Part shown: positions 6,974 to 15,459 of the stretch, one piece after another
How positions within the stretch are numbered: the stretch's first letter is position 1
How the letters are laid out: each line of letters begins with the position of its first letter
From: Candidatus Saccharimonadota bacterium
GTDB lineage: Bacteria > Patescibacteriota > Gracilibacteria > UBA1369 > 2-02-FULL-48-14
Assembly: GCA_016699145.1 (NCBI GenBank)
Contig: CP064962.1
Location: 360,001 to 392,000 of the forward strand
Reading direction: 5' to 3'
DNA: 32,000 nucleotides
Notes under the pieces: model-generated
Seen by the model: the letters and a program-made list of their open reading frames with translations, nothing else
The model's database searches: none
Told to the model about the DNA's origin: nothing
Position numbers and translations under genes: made by a program

Positions 6974-7441
6974 TTAAAAAGGAAGGTCGTCGAGAGTCAC
7001 AGCAGCCTCTTCGGGAGTTTCACTGGTGGAAGGGGTCTGAGACTTGATCGCACTGCTGTTGCTGGAACGTTCATAAGTTGCATCCACGCCTTCCCCAGTA
7101 GGAGCTCCACTGCGATCCAAAAGGATGAGTTGCTCGGCCACAATTTCCATTTTGCTGCGCTTATGACTGTCTTCGCCTTCCCATTCTCGGGTTTGCATGC
7201 GACCTTCCACAAAAATCTTTCGGCCTTTTTTTAGGTAAGCTTGAGCGATTTCAGCCAATTTGCCCCAAAGCACAATGTTGTGAAATTCAGCCTTTTCTTG
7301 TTTTTGTCCGGCCTTATCGATCCAAGTGCTATTGGTCGCAATACCAAAGGAAGCCACCATCTGTCCACTGGAAGTTTGACGGACTTCAGGATCACGAGTC
7401 ACGTTCCCAATCACTTGAGCACGGTTGAGAGAATACGCCAT
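6974..7441 (-). CDS. ssb: single-stranded DNA-binding protein
   Basis: OB-fold N-terminus (LNRAQVIGNVTRDPEVR...FHNIVLWGKLAE), a disordered tail, and the acidic tip DDLPF. Confidence 0.9.
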   Translation of the reverse strand: MAYSLNRAQVIGNVTRDPEVRQTSSGQMVASFGIATNSTWIDKAGQKQEKAEFHNIVLWGKLAEIAQAYLKKGRKIFVEGRMQTREWEGEDSHKRSKMEIVAEQLILLDRSGAPTGEGVDATYERSSNSSAIKSQTPSTSETPEEAAVTLDDLPF

Positions 7442-7547
7442 AAACGGTAGGGGTTTAAATCGGCCTTACTTTAGCCACGAAAGGGCAAAAAGAGCAATCT
7501 ATTTATTTTTGACAAAATACTGTAAAATGTTCATTAACAGAAATAAT

Positions 7548-8060
7548 ATGGAAATGAAAGAATCCAACAAGGATAGAGAACCTGCAAATAAAGAAAGAGA
7601 ACAGGAAATAAGAACCATCGCGCGCGAGCTGTACCTAGACTTATTACGTACTTACTACGGCGTCACTCTCGAAGAAGTGCAGAGCCAACAAAAGGAAAGA
7701 GACAAAGAACCCAGAAGAAAAGGTCGCCCCCTGAGTGCTTTCCCAAAAGAAACCAATGAAGAGCCTGGGTTTCGTGTGACACATTTTGGAATAGATAGGA
7801 TTCAGATTGCGTTCCCAGAAGAGACAGAAAATGGGAAAGAATCCAAAAAATGGCACTACCCACTGCTAATAACATGGTCTCTAACAAGCACAGGAGAAAT
7901 TCGAATAAGCCGGAATAAAATAGATCCAGAAAGCAAAACCTTCGAGCGAATCACAGGAGAAGTGGCCCTAAAAAGCCTACTGGACTTTCTAGAAGCTAAA
8001 GAAGTCTTGAAAAATACCATCGCTGAGTTCAAGCGGCGTCTTGGGAGTTCAGAGGAGTAA
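7548..8060 (+). CDS. hypothetical charged protein
   Basis: ORF 7425..8060 trimmed to ATG 7548, because its 5' part overlaps the ssb start and its upstream region. No motif recognised. Confidence 0.45.
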   Translation: MEMKESNKDREPANKEREQEIRTIARELYLDLLRTYYGVTLEEVQSQQKERDKEPRRKGRPLSAFPKETNEEPGFRVTHFGIDRIQIAFPEETENGKESKKWHYPLLITWSLTSTGEIRISRNKIDPESKTFERITGEVALKSLLDFLEAKEVLKNTIAEFKRRLGSSEE

Positions 8061-8164
8061 AAAGAACTTCCAAAGGCTCACGACTGTGGTACTCTAAAGC
8101 CGCTTTCAGATAAAAAAAGCCCAAAAGAAGGGTCAAAAGCAAGAGAACAATTTGAAGAACTTTC

Positions 8165-9364
8165 ATGGAACAGGATTTAAAAAAATACATTTTTCAAACA
8201 GGACATGGCAAGGGACTGGCCAAAATAGAAATCGAGTCCATTTCCACGCCAAGTGCCATTGTCGACGAGGTGGAGGACGGCTTTGTAGTGGAAGGAGAAT
8301 GGGCCGACCCCATCGCCCATTTGAATCGCTTGGGGGGCACGGTGCGCATCTTAGAAGTGATACAAGCCGGGCCTTCGACCATGCCACTCAACTTTGAAGA
8401 ATGGGTGAGTAAAGCCGTGGAAACAGAAGTCAAAAACAAAGAAGGAAAAATTAGGTATGGAGTGAGTATGCACCCCAAAAGCGAAAAAGTCCTGACAAAA
8501 ATCTTAATTGGCAGCAAAAAGCGCCTCAAAGACAAGCTGGGCAACGTGCGTTTCGTGAACAAGAACTTCCAAAACCTCTCGTCCGTACAAGCCTGGCATG
8601 AGCATTTATTGGAAGACGGAGCCATTGAACTGCAACTTTTTCAAGGAGAAACAAAGTGGTACCTCGCCAAAACCGTAGCTATTCAAGATTTCGAATCCTA
8701 TTCCCACCGCGACTACAATCGCCCGGCTCGCAACGCCAAAAACGGGATGTTTCCACCCAAGCTTGCTCAAGTGCTCATCAACCTGGCTCTCGGCGCCCGC
8801 CAACCCTCGCCCGAAGTGACCATTGTGGATCCCTTTTGTGGCAGCGGCACCGTTTTACAAGAAGCCTGGCTCATGGGTTGCAAGGCTCAAGGTTCAGACA
8901 TTTCGGCTGCAATCATCGCAGACGCCAAGGAAAACCTCGATTGGTTGCATTATGAATATCGACTCGAAGGCTCCATGCCCACTTTCACCAAAGATGCGAC
9001 CCAGCTCACCAAAGCAGACCTGCCCGACGGCCTTTTCTTTATTGTTTCCGAAACCAGTCTCGGACCCGCCATCAGCAAGCCCCTCCCCGCCCATCATTTG
9101 AAAAATGTGCAAGAAGAACTTGAGAAGCTCTACGATGCTTTTTTTTCTAATCTGAAAAAAATCGCCCCAGCCGGCACCGTGATGGTCTTCACCGCCCCCT
9201 ATCATCGCCAGGGCAATGAACGCCTCTTCCTCCCCCATCTTCCCAAAATTTTAGCAAAGCACAGCACCATCGTGCCACTGTCCGATCACGAACGCCCTTC
9301 CCTGTTCTTCGAACGCAAGGATCAACGGGTGAGCCGCGAGATTTGGAAAGTGCAAATGGGATGA
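8165..9364 (+). CDS. SAM-dependent methyltransferase, UPF0020/Trm11-RlmL-like (probable RNA m2G methyltransferase)
   Basis: PPKLAQVLINLA...IVDPFCGSGTVLQEA is the characteristic motif I (DPFCGSGT) of this family. 399 aa. Confidence 0.7.
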   Translation: MEQDLKKYIFQTGHGKGLAKIEIESISTPSAIVDEVEDGFVVEGEWADPIAHLNRLGGTVRILEVIQAGPSTMPLNFEEWVSKAVETEVKNKEGKIRYGVSMHPKSEKVLTKILIGSKKRLKDKLGNVRFVNKNFQNLSSVQAWHEHLLEDGAIELQLFQGETKWYLAKTVAIQDFESYSHRDYNRPARNAKNGMFPPKLAQVLINLALGARQPSPEVTIVDPFCGSGTVLQEAWLMGCKAQGSDISAAIIADAKENLDWLHYEYRLEGSMPTFTKDATQLTKADLPDGLFFIVSETSLGPAISKPLPAHHLKNVQEELEKLYDAFFSNLKKIAPAGTVMVFTAPYHRQGNERLFLPHLPKILAKHSTIVPLSDHERPSLFFERKDQRVSREIWKVQMG

Positions 9365-9441
9365 TCCCCTCACCCAAAAATTCATTTGCAGGAGCCAAAC
9401 CGCTTCGCTATACTCCCTCTGCATTTTCAAGTGCCGCACAT

Positions 9442-9516
<75 letters not shown>

Positions 9517-9572
9517 CATTTGATATATTAAACATTTTATTTTATAATACCAACTTATTACTCTGAGAAACC

Positions 9573-10403
9573 ATGCTATTCTCTGGTGAATTCATTCCAG
9601 AAGATAAAATTGATCCGAGGCCGATTGCCGAGGGAACTCGAGTGCGCGTGCATCGTTTGCAAGGCCACGATGGACTTAATGGACGAATTTTACGAGTTCC
9701 AAGAGATCCTGAACGAGATCATCACGAGACGGTTCAGATGGAACTACTAAAGGGAGGGCCTCTGACAAGTTTTTTGCCTGATCCTGAAACCGTTCGTGCT
9801 AGGATCGGGGATAGAGTAAGGAATTTGGTTACGAGCCTAGAGGTTACTTCCTCTTTGCATCGAGTGGTACCTAGCGCAGAAAGTTTCGCTTATGAACTGC
9901 AAGCCAAGGGGGATATAGACGCTCAGATTCACTACTTGCAACAACTGAGAGGGTTCGTTGATGCTTGTAAGAACACTTACAAGCAGTCCTGTATCCTTCC
10001 CGACTTGATTGGAAGAGGGAATGTTGTTTCTGACTCCAATGGAATTTGGCTGCTCGACTTCAACAACATCTCGGGACAATGGACGGTAGGTCCAGAAATT
10101 CAGGTGCCTTTGGATGATCAAGGTCTACCCATTTTTGACATGGGTTTGCAGTTGCTTCACAGTATTGAGAAAAAGCTACTCACACAGCGTGGAACTAATC
10201 TATCAACCGAAGCCTTCAACAGAAAGTACAGCCAAGAAAGAAGGCCTCAGAGAACCGAGCTTCCAAAAGAACTTCTGGAAACTCTTGTCAGCGCAGACGA
10301 TCTCAAAAAAGATCCATTCTACGGAGCCTTACGCTTTAGAAAACGTAGGCAAAAAGTTCAGTCTATCTTGGATAAGATGATGAGAGACAGGATGGTCCAT
10401 TAA
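9573..10403 (+). CDS. hypothetical protein, possible atypical kinase-like fold
   Basis: 276-aa ORF. ILPDLIGRGNVVSDSNGIWLLDFNNIS resembles a catalytic loop (D..G.GN) plus a DFx metal-binding motif. Weak. Confidence 0.5.
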   Translation: MLFSGEFIPEDKIDPRPIAEGTRVRVHRLQGHDGLNGRILRVPRDPERDHHETVQMELLKGGPLTSFLPDPETVRARIGDRVRNLVTSLEVTSSLHRVVPSAESFAYELQAKGDIDAQIHYLQQLRGFVDACKNTYKQSCILPDLIGRGNVVSDSNGIWLLDFNNISGQWTVGPEIQVPLDDQGLPIFDMGLQLLHSIEKKLLTQRGTNLSTEAFNRKYSQERRPQRTELPKELLETLVSADDLKKDPFYGALRFRKRRQKVQSILDKMMRDRMVH

Positions 10404-10468
10404 CATCTCCTAAAAGAGCAAATACCTGACTGAACAGAAGATTTCCTTTGAGTGCAGCCCAATTCAGA

Positions 10469-10500
10469 GTTCTGAACTTGTCCACAAGGGGGAGCCATTT
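10469..10500 (+). repeat. decayed copy 1 of the tRNA-Asn 3' end
   Basis: GTTCtGAActtgTCCAcaaGGGGGAGCCATTT, compared with tRNA GGTTCGAATCCAATCGGGGGAGCCA. Confidence 0.75.
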
Positions 10501-11121
10501 AGGCTAACTTCTTCACCGTTTCCTCAAGAGCAGCTCGAATCAACTTTTCGAGCAAAGTAGACTCACCTCCATCGGCTGCTGCAAGAGCTTTCACATATTT
10601 GGTTCTACCCACTTTAGTTCCCACTTTCAGCTCAATCGGAGGCAAATTGAGTTTCAACAAAATCATACTGATCAAAAGGCGTCCGATTCGACCATTGTAG
10701 TCAAAAAATGGGTGAATCCATAGAAAACGGTGATGCATCCAAGCTAAAAACTCTACAAGCTCATCCAAAAACTTTTTATCCTCCAAACCAGGCAAAGATT
10801 TAATCCTAATTTTCAAATCTTCGGAAAAATCTTCCATCATCTGGGGAACTTGAAAGAAACGGGGTGGGTTGTGCTTTGAAACGGTCACTTCAATCGTTCT
10901 AAATTTCCCAGCCATGTCAGGGAAATCCATCCAAACCCCACATGATGAACTTCTCTCAAGAAAGCAGGTGTGAAAAGCAACTTGTCCTTAGCTTGAGATT
11001 CCAAAACAAAATCCCAAGCCTTCTTAATTCCTTCAATTTCCAAAGGAATAAGTTTTGATCTTGGAATAATACCAAAAGCCGTCTCTTTATAACTCGTTTC
11101 TCCTTTTCTTTTGCTCTTCAT
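10499..11121 (-). pseudogene. Fic/DOC-family protein (AMPylase-type toxin) split by a frameshift
   Basis: Track ORFs 10885..11121 (...FLREVHHVGFGW) and 10499..10930 (MDFPDMAGKFRT...WIHPFFDYNGRIGRLL) are the two halves of one Fic domain. The span is 623 nt, which is not a multiple of 3. The frames meet near 10925-10940. The Fic motif is HPFFDYNGRIGR, which is the canonical HPFx(D/E)GNGRxxR with G changed to Y. Confidence 0.7.
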
Positions 11122-11297
11122 ACAGAGGGAAACTTACGAAGCACCTGTCTCACCATTCTAAGCGTTGTTTCGGGATTTTCAGTTTTGGTCGTACGATAAA
11201 TCATCTGTTCCTCAAAAGAACTCATGTACTTTGCTCTTTTTTGGGGAGAAGCTTTTTGATACTTCCTGAACGCATTGAGAATGTTTTTGATGGGCAT
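11118..11297 (-). CDS. 59-aa putative Fic antitoxin carrying an inhibitory (S/T)xxxE(G/N) motif
   Basis: Own translation: MPIKNILNAFRKYQKASPQKRAKYMSSFEEQMIYRTTKTENPETTLRMVRQVLRKFPSV. TTKTEN fits [ST]xxxE[GN]. Its TGA overlaps the Fic ATG (ATGA at 11121-11118). It is below the track's 60-aa cutoff. Confidence 0.5.
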   Translation of the reverse strand: MPIKNILNAFRKYQKASPQKRAKYMSSFEEQMIYRTTKTENPETTLRMVRQVLRKFPSV

Positions 11298-11316
11298 ATA
11301 AACTTAGTGTATTTTG

Positions 11317-11357
11317 ATTATAGCAAAATGCAAAATGAACGTCATGCACATTGTGCA
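11317..11357 (-). promoter_or_regulatory. candidate promoter and operator of the Fic module
   Basis: The minus strand reads TGcTATAAT (-10 at 11322-11317), 19 nt before ATG 11297. A 13-nt palindrome TGCACA-T-TGTGCA at 11345-11357 lies just upstream. Confidence 0.35.
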
Positions 11358-11396
11358 CTTCCCCAGAAAAGGGGGTTGGGTTCTTGCTGCACAAAA

Positions 11397-11430
11397 GTTC
11401 GGATTGCATCAAATACGGGGAGCCATTTAG
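11397..11430 (+). repeat. decayed copy 2 of the tRNA-Asn 3' end
   Basis: GTTCGgATtgcaTCaaatacGGGGAGCCATTTAG. It retains T-loop-like GTTCGgAT as well as the terminal GGGGAGCCA. Confidence 0.75.
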
Positions 11431-11476
11431 TTTTGCAGATTAAAACCGCACCCAGCCAAGTTGGACGATCGAACTT

Positions 11477-12358
11477 CTATTTGAGCAAAGAAGCAAGGTT
11501 TGCAGAAAAAGGACCGTATAACTCCACTCGTGGACCTGCCATCCTATTGAGATAAAAAGTGGCTGCCTCTTTGCTTTCATATCCTTCCTCGGCATAGATG
11601 GAAATGAAATTCACTTCACGGTCTGAGTTTTCTAGGTAGAATCGTTTCGGCTCCCCTTCCTCATTACGGATAAGCACGTAGCCTTCTGGAGCAAGGTTAT
11701 TAGTAATATTTCCTCCAGCTGAATACTCACTTTCGTATTGAATCACTTCGGTGAGAAGAAAATATTCCTCTAGGGTAGAAAATCCCAAATCAAAAACTTC
11801 CGTGTTCAGTTGATTGTCAGAAGAATCGTACGCCGAAACCTCCATCGAATTGAAGAAACTATACAGGTCTTTTTCAAATTGATCCCATGCTTCTACGTAA
11901 TCAAGTCCGAAAACCAAAAAGTACGTTGACTCTCGTATATTCACATAGTAACACCACGCCCCTAATCCACAGGGGAGCTCAAACCATTTCCCAGAAGTGA
12001 GCTCGGGCAAGGCAATAAGTCGCTCTTCGTCGTCATCAGTGATTTCAAGATTACCCTCCACCGCAAGATCCATAATTGACCCTTCTTTTTGATTTTGCAG
12101 CTCTATATCCGCTCCGCCAATGTAAGCCTCTACAGCATTCCAACCTTCGGGCAGAGTGAAGCTGAGTCCCTCAACATTAACAATAGATTCACCTTCTTGA
12201 TTTACAAAAAGTCCCTCTTCATTGACTCTGCCTCGGAGCTCATAATCTTCCTTCACCTCTTCTTCGTAAGGCTCCACCATTTCCTGTTCGTAAGCTTGGC
12301 TACAAGCAGGAAGAATAAGAAAGAACAAAAAGCCGGAAATAAGTTTTGGATGTGACAT
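11477..12358 (-). CDS. hypothetical acidic lipoprotein
   Basis: ORF trimmed to ATG 12358. MSHPKLISGFLFFLILPAC-SQ is a signal peptide plus lipobox, followed by a Glu-rich linker. Confidence 0.6.
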   Translation of the reverse strand: MSHPKLISGFLFFLILPACSQAYEQEMVEPYEEEVKEDYELRGRVNEEGLFVNQEGESIVNVEGLSFTLPEGWNAVEAYIGGADIELQNQKEGSIMDLAVEGNLEITDDDEERLIALPELTSGKWFELPCGLGAWCYYVNIRESTYFLVFGLDYVEAWDQFEKDLYSFFNSMEVSAYDSSDNQLNTEVFDLGFSTLEEYFLLTEVIQYESEYSAGGNITNNLAPEGYVLIRNEEGEPKRFYLENSDREVNFISIYAEEGYESKEAATFYLNRMAGPRVELYGPFSANLASLLK

Positions 12359-12484
12359 AAAATTCAGTGAGTAAAACAAGTATACCCCCATCACGCTCCC
12401 GCCAATAGTGCATTATACCGGCACTTTTAAAAGCTTCCCCATTTCTCAGATTTCGCCATACCATTCAGTTCGCATACTAACCCT

Positions 12485-12739
12485 TTAGTTTTGATGATTA
12501 TCCACATCGAAAACAATCAAATTTCCTTGTCCATCAAAAACACCTAGAGCTCGAAATTGGCGATTGATACGAAAATACCAAATGCCACTTCCCTTTGGGT
12601 TCCTTTCTTTGAAGCGTACTTGGACTGCACTGCCTTCGAGCAGATATCTTTTTGCTTTTTTATACTGTTCAAGAAGCCCCCTCTTTTGCAAGTAGGGTAG
12701 AACGTCCTTTTTTTCAAAAATGTTAGGGACTTCAGGCAT
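12485..12739 (-). CDS. RelE/HigB-superfamily type II toxin
   Basis: 84 aa. The C-terminus GIWYFRINRQFRALGVFDGQGNLIVFDVDNHQ matches the ...yRi...R....d...l.i..i..H pattern. The start lies 3 nt after the antitoxin stop. Confidence 0.6.
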   Translation of the reverse strand: MPEVPNIFEKKDVLPYLQKRGLLEQYKKAKRYLLEGSAVQVRFKERNPKGSGIWYFRINRQFRALGVFDGQGNLIVFDVDNHQN

Positions 12740-12741
12740 AT

Positions 12742-12996
12742 CTACAAATTCAACAGTTCTTCTTTAGGAGTATTCCGAGCCTGTTCTGCCAAAGAAAGCA
12801 TCTCATGGCCCACCTCTTCCTTGGGGAGTTCAATCAAATCGGGTCGAATGAGCATTTCATACTCTTCGACATCAAGAAGCACGGCAATAGGTGCATTATT
12901 GGAAAAAATATATTTTGGCCCTCGCTGAAGACCCTGCAAAGACTCTTTCGTTTTAGTCCTAAGATTCGTCACAGATATAACCTGTTGTCTTAACAT
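12742..12996 (-). CDS. Phd/YefM-family antitoxin
   Basis: MLRQQVISVTNLRTKTKESL...PKYIFSNNAPIAVLLDVEEYEML is the typical Phd/YefM N-terminal pattern. I prefer ATG 12996 over the TTG at 13014. Confidence 0.65.
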   Translation of the reverse strand: MLRQQVISVTNLRTKTKESLQGLQRGPKYIFSNNAPIAVLLDVEEYEMLIRPDLIELPKEEVGHEMLSLAEQARNTPKEELLNL

Positions 12997-13000
12997 AATT

Positions 13001-13018
13001 AAATTTGTTAACAAATTT
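13001..13018 (-). promoter_or_regulatory. 18-bp perfect palindrome, candidate TA operator
   Basis: AAATTTGTTAACAAATTT lies 4 nt upstream of the antitoxin ATG and downstream of a TATAAT (minus strand, about 13028-13033). Confidence 0.45.
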
Positions 13019-13070
13019 GTATATAAATTATATATTAAATATCATACCAATGCAAATAAAGCTCTAATTG

Positions 13071-13094
13071 CTTCCAGCTTGGGGGAGCCATTTT
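13071..13094 (+). repeat. decayed copy 3 of the tRNA-Asn 3' end
   Basis: cTTCCAgcttGGGGGAGCCATTTT, compared with tRNA aATCCAatcGGGGGAGCCA. Confidence 0.7.
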
Positions 13095-13124
13095 ATAGAT
13101 AATACCGTGAGTAGAAATAGAATG

Positions 13125-13556
13125 CTACTCTTCAGCAGGATAGAAGTTGATACCTTCGAGTTCCCACACGTCCGATTTGAAATCGTAAGACCAAATCACA
13201 TCCACTAAGCCCCTACTTTCATCGCTGAAAATACTGGAACCCGTCAAGGTGATGTGGGCATGACGTCCTCCATAGGCTGCATCGTAAAGAGCCCAGTTAA
13301 CAGAGGTACTCTCGAAAGTAACCTGGCTCAATCCTTGAAAAGTGGGGCTCTGAACCAAGGCTTCAAAGTCTTCATAGGAAGTGATTTCCTGAAGAGTATC
13401 GCTGGTCTGTGCATAAGCAGCTTCAGGATCCACTTTAGCGAGCTCTATAAAGGCTTCTGTTTTCAGTTTTCCTTCCTCTGGTCCAAACATAGGAGCGCCC
13501 GTGCAGCCCATTAAGAAAAAGCTACTAAGCAAAACGGTGGCGAGAAGTTTTTTCAT
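13125..13556 (-). CDS. hypothetical lipoprotein
   Basis: ORF trimmed to ATG 13556. MKKLLATVLLSSFFLMGC-TG is a signal peptide plus lipobox. Confidence 0.6.
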   Translation of the reverse strand: MKKLLATVLLSSFFLMGCTGAPMFGPEEGKLKTEAFIELAKVDPEAAYAQTSDTLQEITSYEDFEALVQSPTFQGLSQVTFESTSVNWALYDAAYGGRHAHITLTGSSIFSDESRGLVDVIWSYDFKSDVWELEGINFYPAEE

Positions 13557-13605
13557 AAAAATCAAGTTTAAGCCCGGCACCAATTTACTCTTTTTTAATA
13601 AGCAC

Positions 13606-13625
13606 GCAATCCAGATCTGGATTGC
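13606..13625. promoter_or_regulatory. 20-bp perfect palindrome in a divergent intergenic region
   Basis: GCAATCCAGATCTGGATTGC, between 13125..13556(-) and 13743..14753(+). Confidence 0.35.
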
Positions 13626-13693
13626 CAATCTATTTTTCGTAATGAACAATGGAAGTAAACCCTCCAAAGGCCATATTGAGTTCTTGTCCTTCC

Positions 13694-13714
13694 CTTTTTT
13701 TGAGATAGTCTCTA
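13694..13714. repeat. solo copy of the 21-nt MITE-like terminal repeat
   Basis: CTTTTTTTGAGATAGtCTCTA matches 20 of 21 positions of 26924-26944. It lies 28 nt upstream of ATG 13743. Confidence 0.6.
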
Positions 13715-13742
13715 GAGTTTACTAGCCTCAACGGACTGGTTA

Positions 13743-14753
13743 ATGAAAAAAGGAACACCCTATCTGACAGCACTCATACAAAAATTGGCTCCAAAAGTGG
13801 GCGCAAAAGTCATAATTGAACCAAAATGGAAGATTGTGGCGCAAATACGCTATAAAAATGGAGTGAATCGCTACCTTCGTTTTTATACGCTAGACCTCAA
13901 TCCTGTCGGAGCATCCGATATCGCAAAGGACAAAGGGTTTGCAAAATTTTTCATGCAAAAAATGGGTTATCCAATAGCCAATGGAAAAGAATTTTTTAAA
14001 CCTTCGTGGGCAAAAGCCATTGGAAGCAAAGATACCGCCAAAACAGCTCTTGGCTATGCAAAAAAGATCGGGTATCCCTTGATTGTAAAACCAAATTCTT
14101 CCAGTCAGGGCTACGGAGTCACCTTGGTCCATAATTCAAAAGAGCTGCTGAGCGCACTGAACCACGCTTTTCAGGATGATCGTGTCGCTCTTGTTGAAGA
14201 GTACAAACCTGGAAAGGATTATCGAGTGGTGACTCTGGATGGGAAGATCATTTCCGCGTACGAAAGAATTGCACTTTCAGTGACTGGCGACGGGAAAAAG
14301 AATATTGGTGAACTTCTTTTGGCTAAACAGAAACTGTTTAAAAAAAAGAAACGAGACACACGAATCGACATTCACGATCCACGCATTTTAAAAACCTTGA
14401 AATCGAAAGGCAAAAACTTGAAAACCGTGCTAGCGAAAGAGGAAAAAATAACCCTACTGCCAAACGCCAATCTTTCAACTGGCGGTGAATCAAAAGATGT
14501 AACCGAAACCATCCATCCAAAATTTAAAAAAATAGCGATCTCTCTAACAAAAGACATGGGCCTCAGAATAGCCGGGGTCGACATCATGGTGACTCAAGGG
14601 GAAATCACCGAGGCTCCAAAGAAAGACGGCTATTACATTATTGAGATCAACGCCGCTCCTGGACTCGACCACTACGTGACCACTGGAAAAGCACAGAAAA
14701 AAATCGTAGAAGCCATGTACCTCAAAGTGCTAAAGGCAATGAAGAAAAAGTGA
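13743..14753 (+). CDS. stand-alone ATP-grasp enzyme resembling the N-terminal ATP-grasp half of cyanophycin synthetase
   Basis: GYPLIVKPNSSSQGYGV, EEYKPGKDYRVVTLDGKIISAYERI, GDGKKNIGELL, NLSTGGESKDVTETIHP, GLRIAGVDIMV, YIIEINAAPGLDHY. No Mur-ligase-like C-terminal domain is present. Confidence 0.7.
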   Translation: MKKGTPYLTALIQKLAPKVGAKVIIEPKWKIVAQIRYKNGVNRYLRFYTLDLNPVGASDIAKDKGFAKFFMQKMGYPIANGKEFFKPSWAKAIGSKDTAKTALGYAKKIGYPLIVKPNSSSQGYGVTLVHNSKELLSALNHAFQDDRVALVEEYKPGKDYRVVTLDGKIISAYERIALSVTGDGKKNIGELLLAKQKLFKKKKRDTRIDIHDPRILKTLKSKGKNLKTVLAKEEKITLLPNANLSTGGESKDVTETIHPKFKKIAISLTKDMGLRIAGVDIMVTQGEITEAPKKDGYYIIEINAAPGLDHYVTTGKAQKKIVEAMYLKVLKAMKKK

Positions 14754-14790
14754 TTGCAGTGTAAGACTGGGTTAAAAAGCAAATAAAAGC

Positions 14791-14796
14791 TATAAT
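14791..14796 (+). promoter_or_regulatory. -10 TATAAT placed for a leaderless transcript
   Basis: gcTATAATgacaccATG: the hexamer, then 6 nt, then ATG 14803. Confidence 0.4.
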
Positions 14797-14802
14797 GACA
14801 CC

Positions 14803-15459
14803 ATGAAAAAAATTCTCCTCTTGGCTCTCTGCATTTTCCTTTGTGCGTGTTCAAATACGCAAAAGGTAGGAAAACCCATTAAAGTCAAAGTAATACGACT
14901 GACTCCTGTTTCTATTGCAGAAGACCCCTTCAATCCCAATGCATTCGCAGCTGATCTCGAGCAAACGCTGGAGGGTCCTACAAATATGATCGATATTTTT
15001 TACAGCTTCCCCTATGGCTATCTCAGCCATTTCACCAAGGAAGAGCGTGAAGAAATAATGCAGCACGAAGAAGCTTATTTTCTCGTCGATGAAAAGAATC
15101 ACTACCTAAGCTTCGACATCCCTGCTACCCAAACCGACGATTTTGTCTTCAAAGTTTTTATCGACCAAGATGAAAATTGGCTCATCGCTCACTCTGAACA
15201 CATATGTCCAGCCCACTGTACACAATACCTGAGCTTCTACCGATTCAAAGAAGGAGAATGGATCGATGTCAGCGCAAGTTATTTGCCTCAGTTGGATTTG
15301 GCCTTTGACGTAGAAGACAATGGAAAAAACTTCTTCTACTATCATCAAATTTCTCAAGAAGGAGCAGAAATAAAAATCATAGGAGGAAGCAGTGAGGACA
15401 AGCCGCCGGCACTCCCCTTATTCAAATGGAATGGAGTGAGTTTTGATGTCTCCAATTGA
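14803..15459 (+). CDS. hypothetical lipoprotein
   Basis: MKKILLLALCIFLCAC-SN is a signal peptide plus lipobox. 218 aa. Confidence 0.65.
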   Translation: MKKILLLALCIFLCACSNTQKVGKPIKVKVIRLTPVSIAEDPFNPNAFAADLEQTLEGPTNMIDIFYSFPYGYLSHFTKEEREEIMQHEEAYFLVDEKNHYLSFDIPATQTDDFVFKVFIDQDENWLIAHSEHICPAHCTQYLSFYRFKEGEWIDVSASYLPQLDLAFDVEDNGKNFFYYHQISQEGAEIKIIGGSSEDKPPALPLFKWNGVSFDVSN

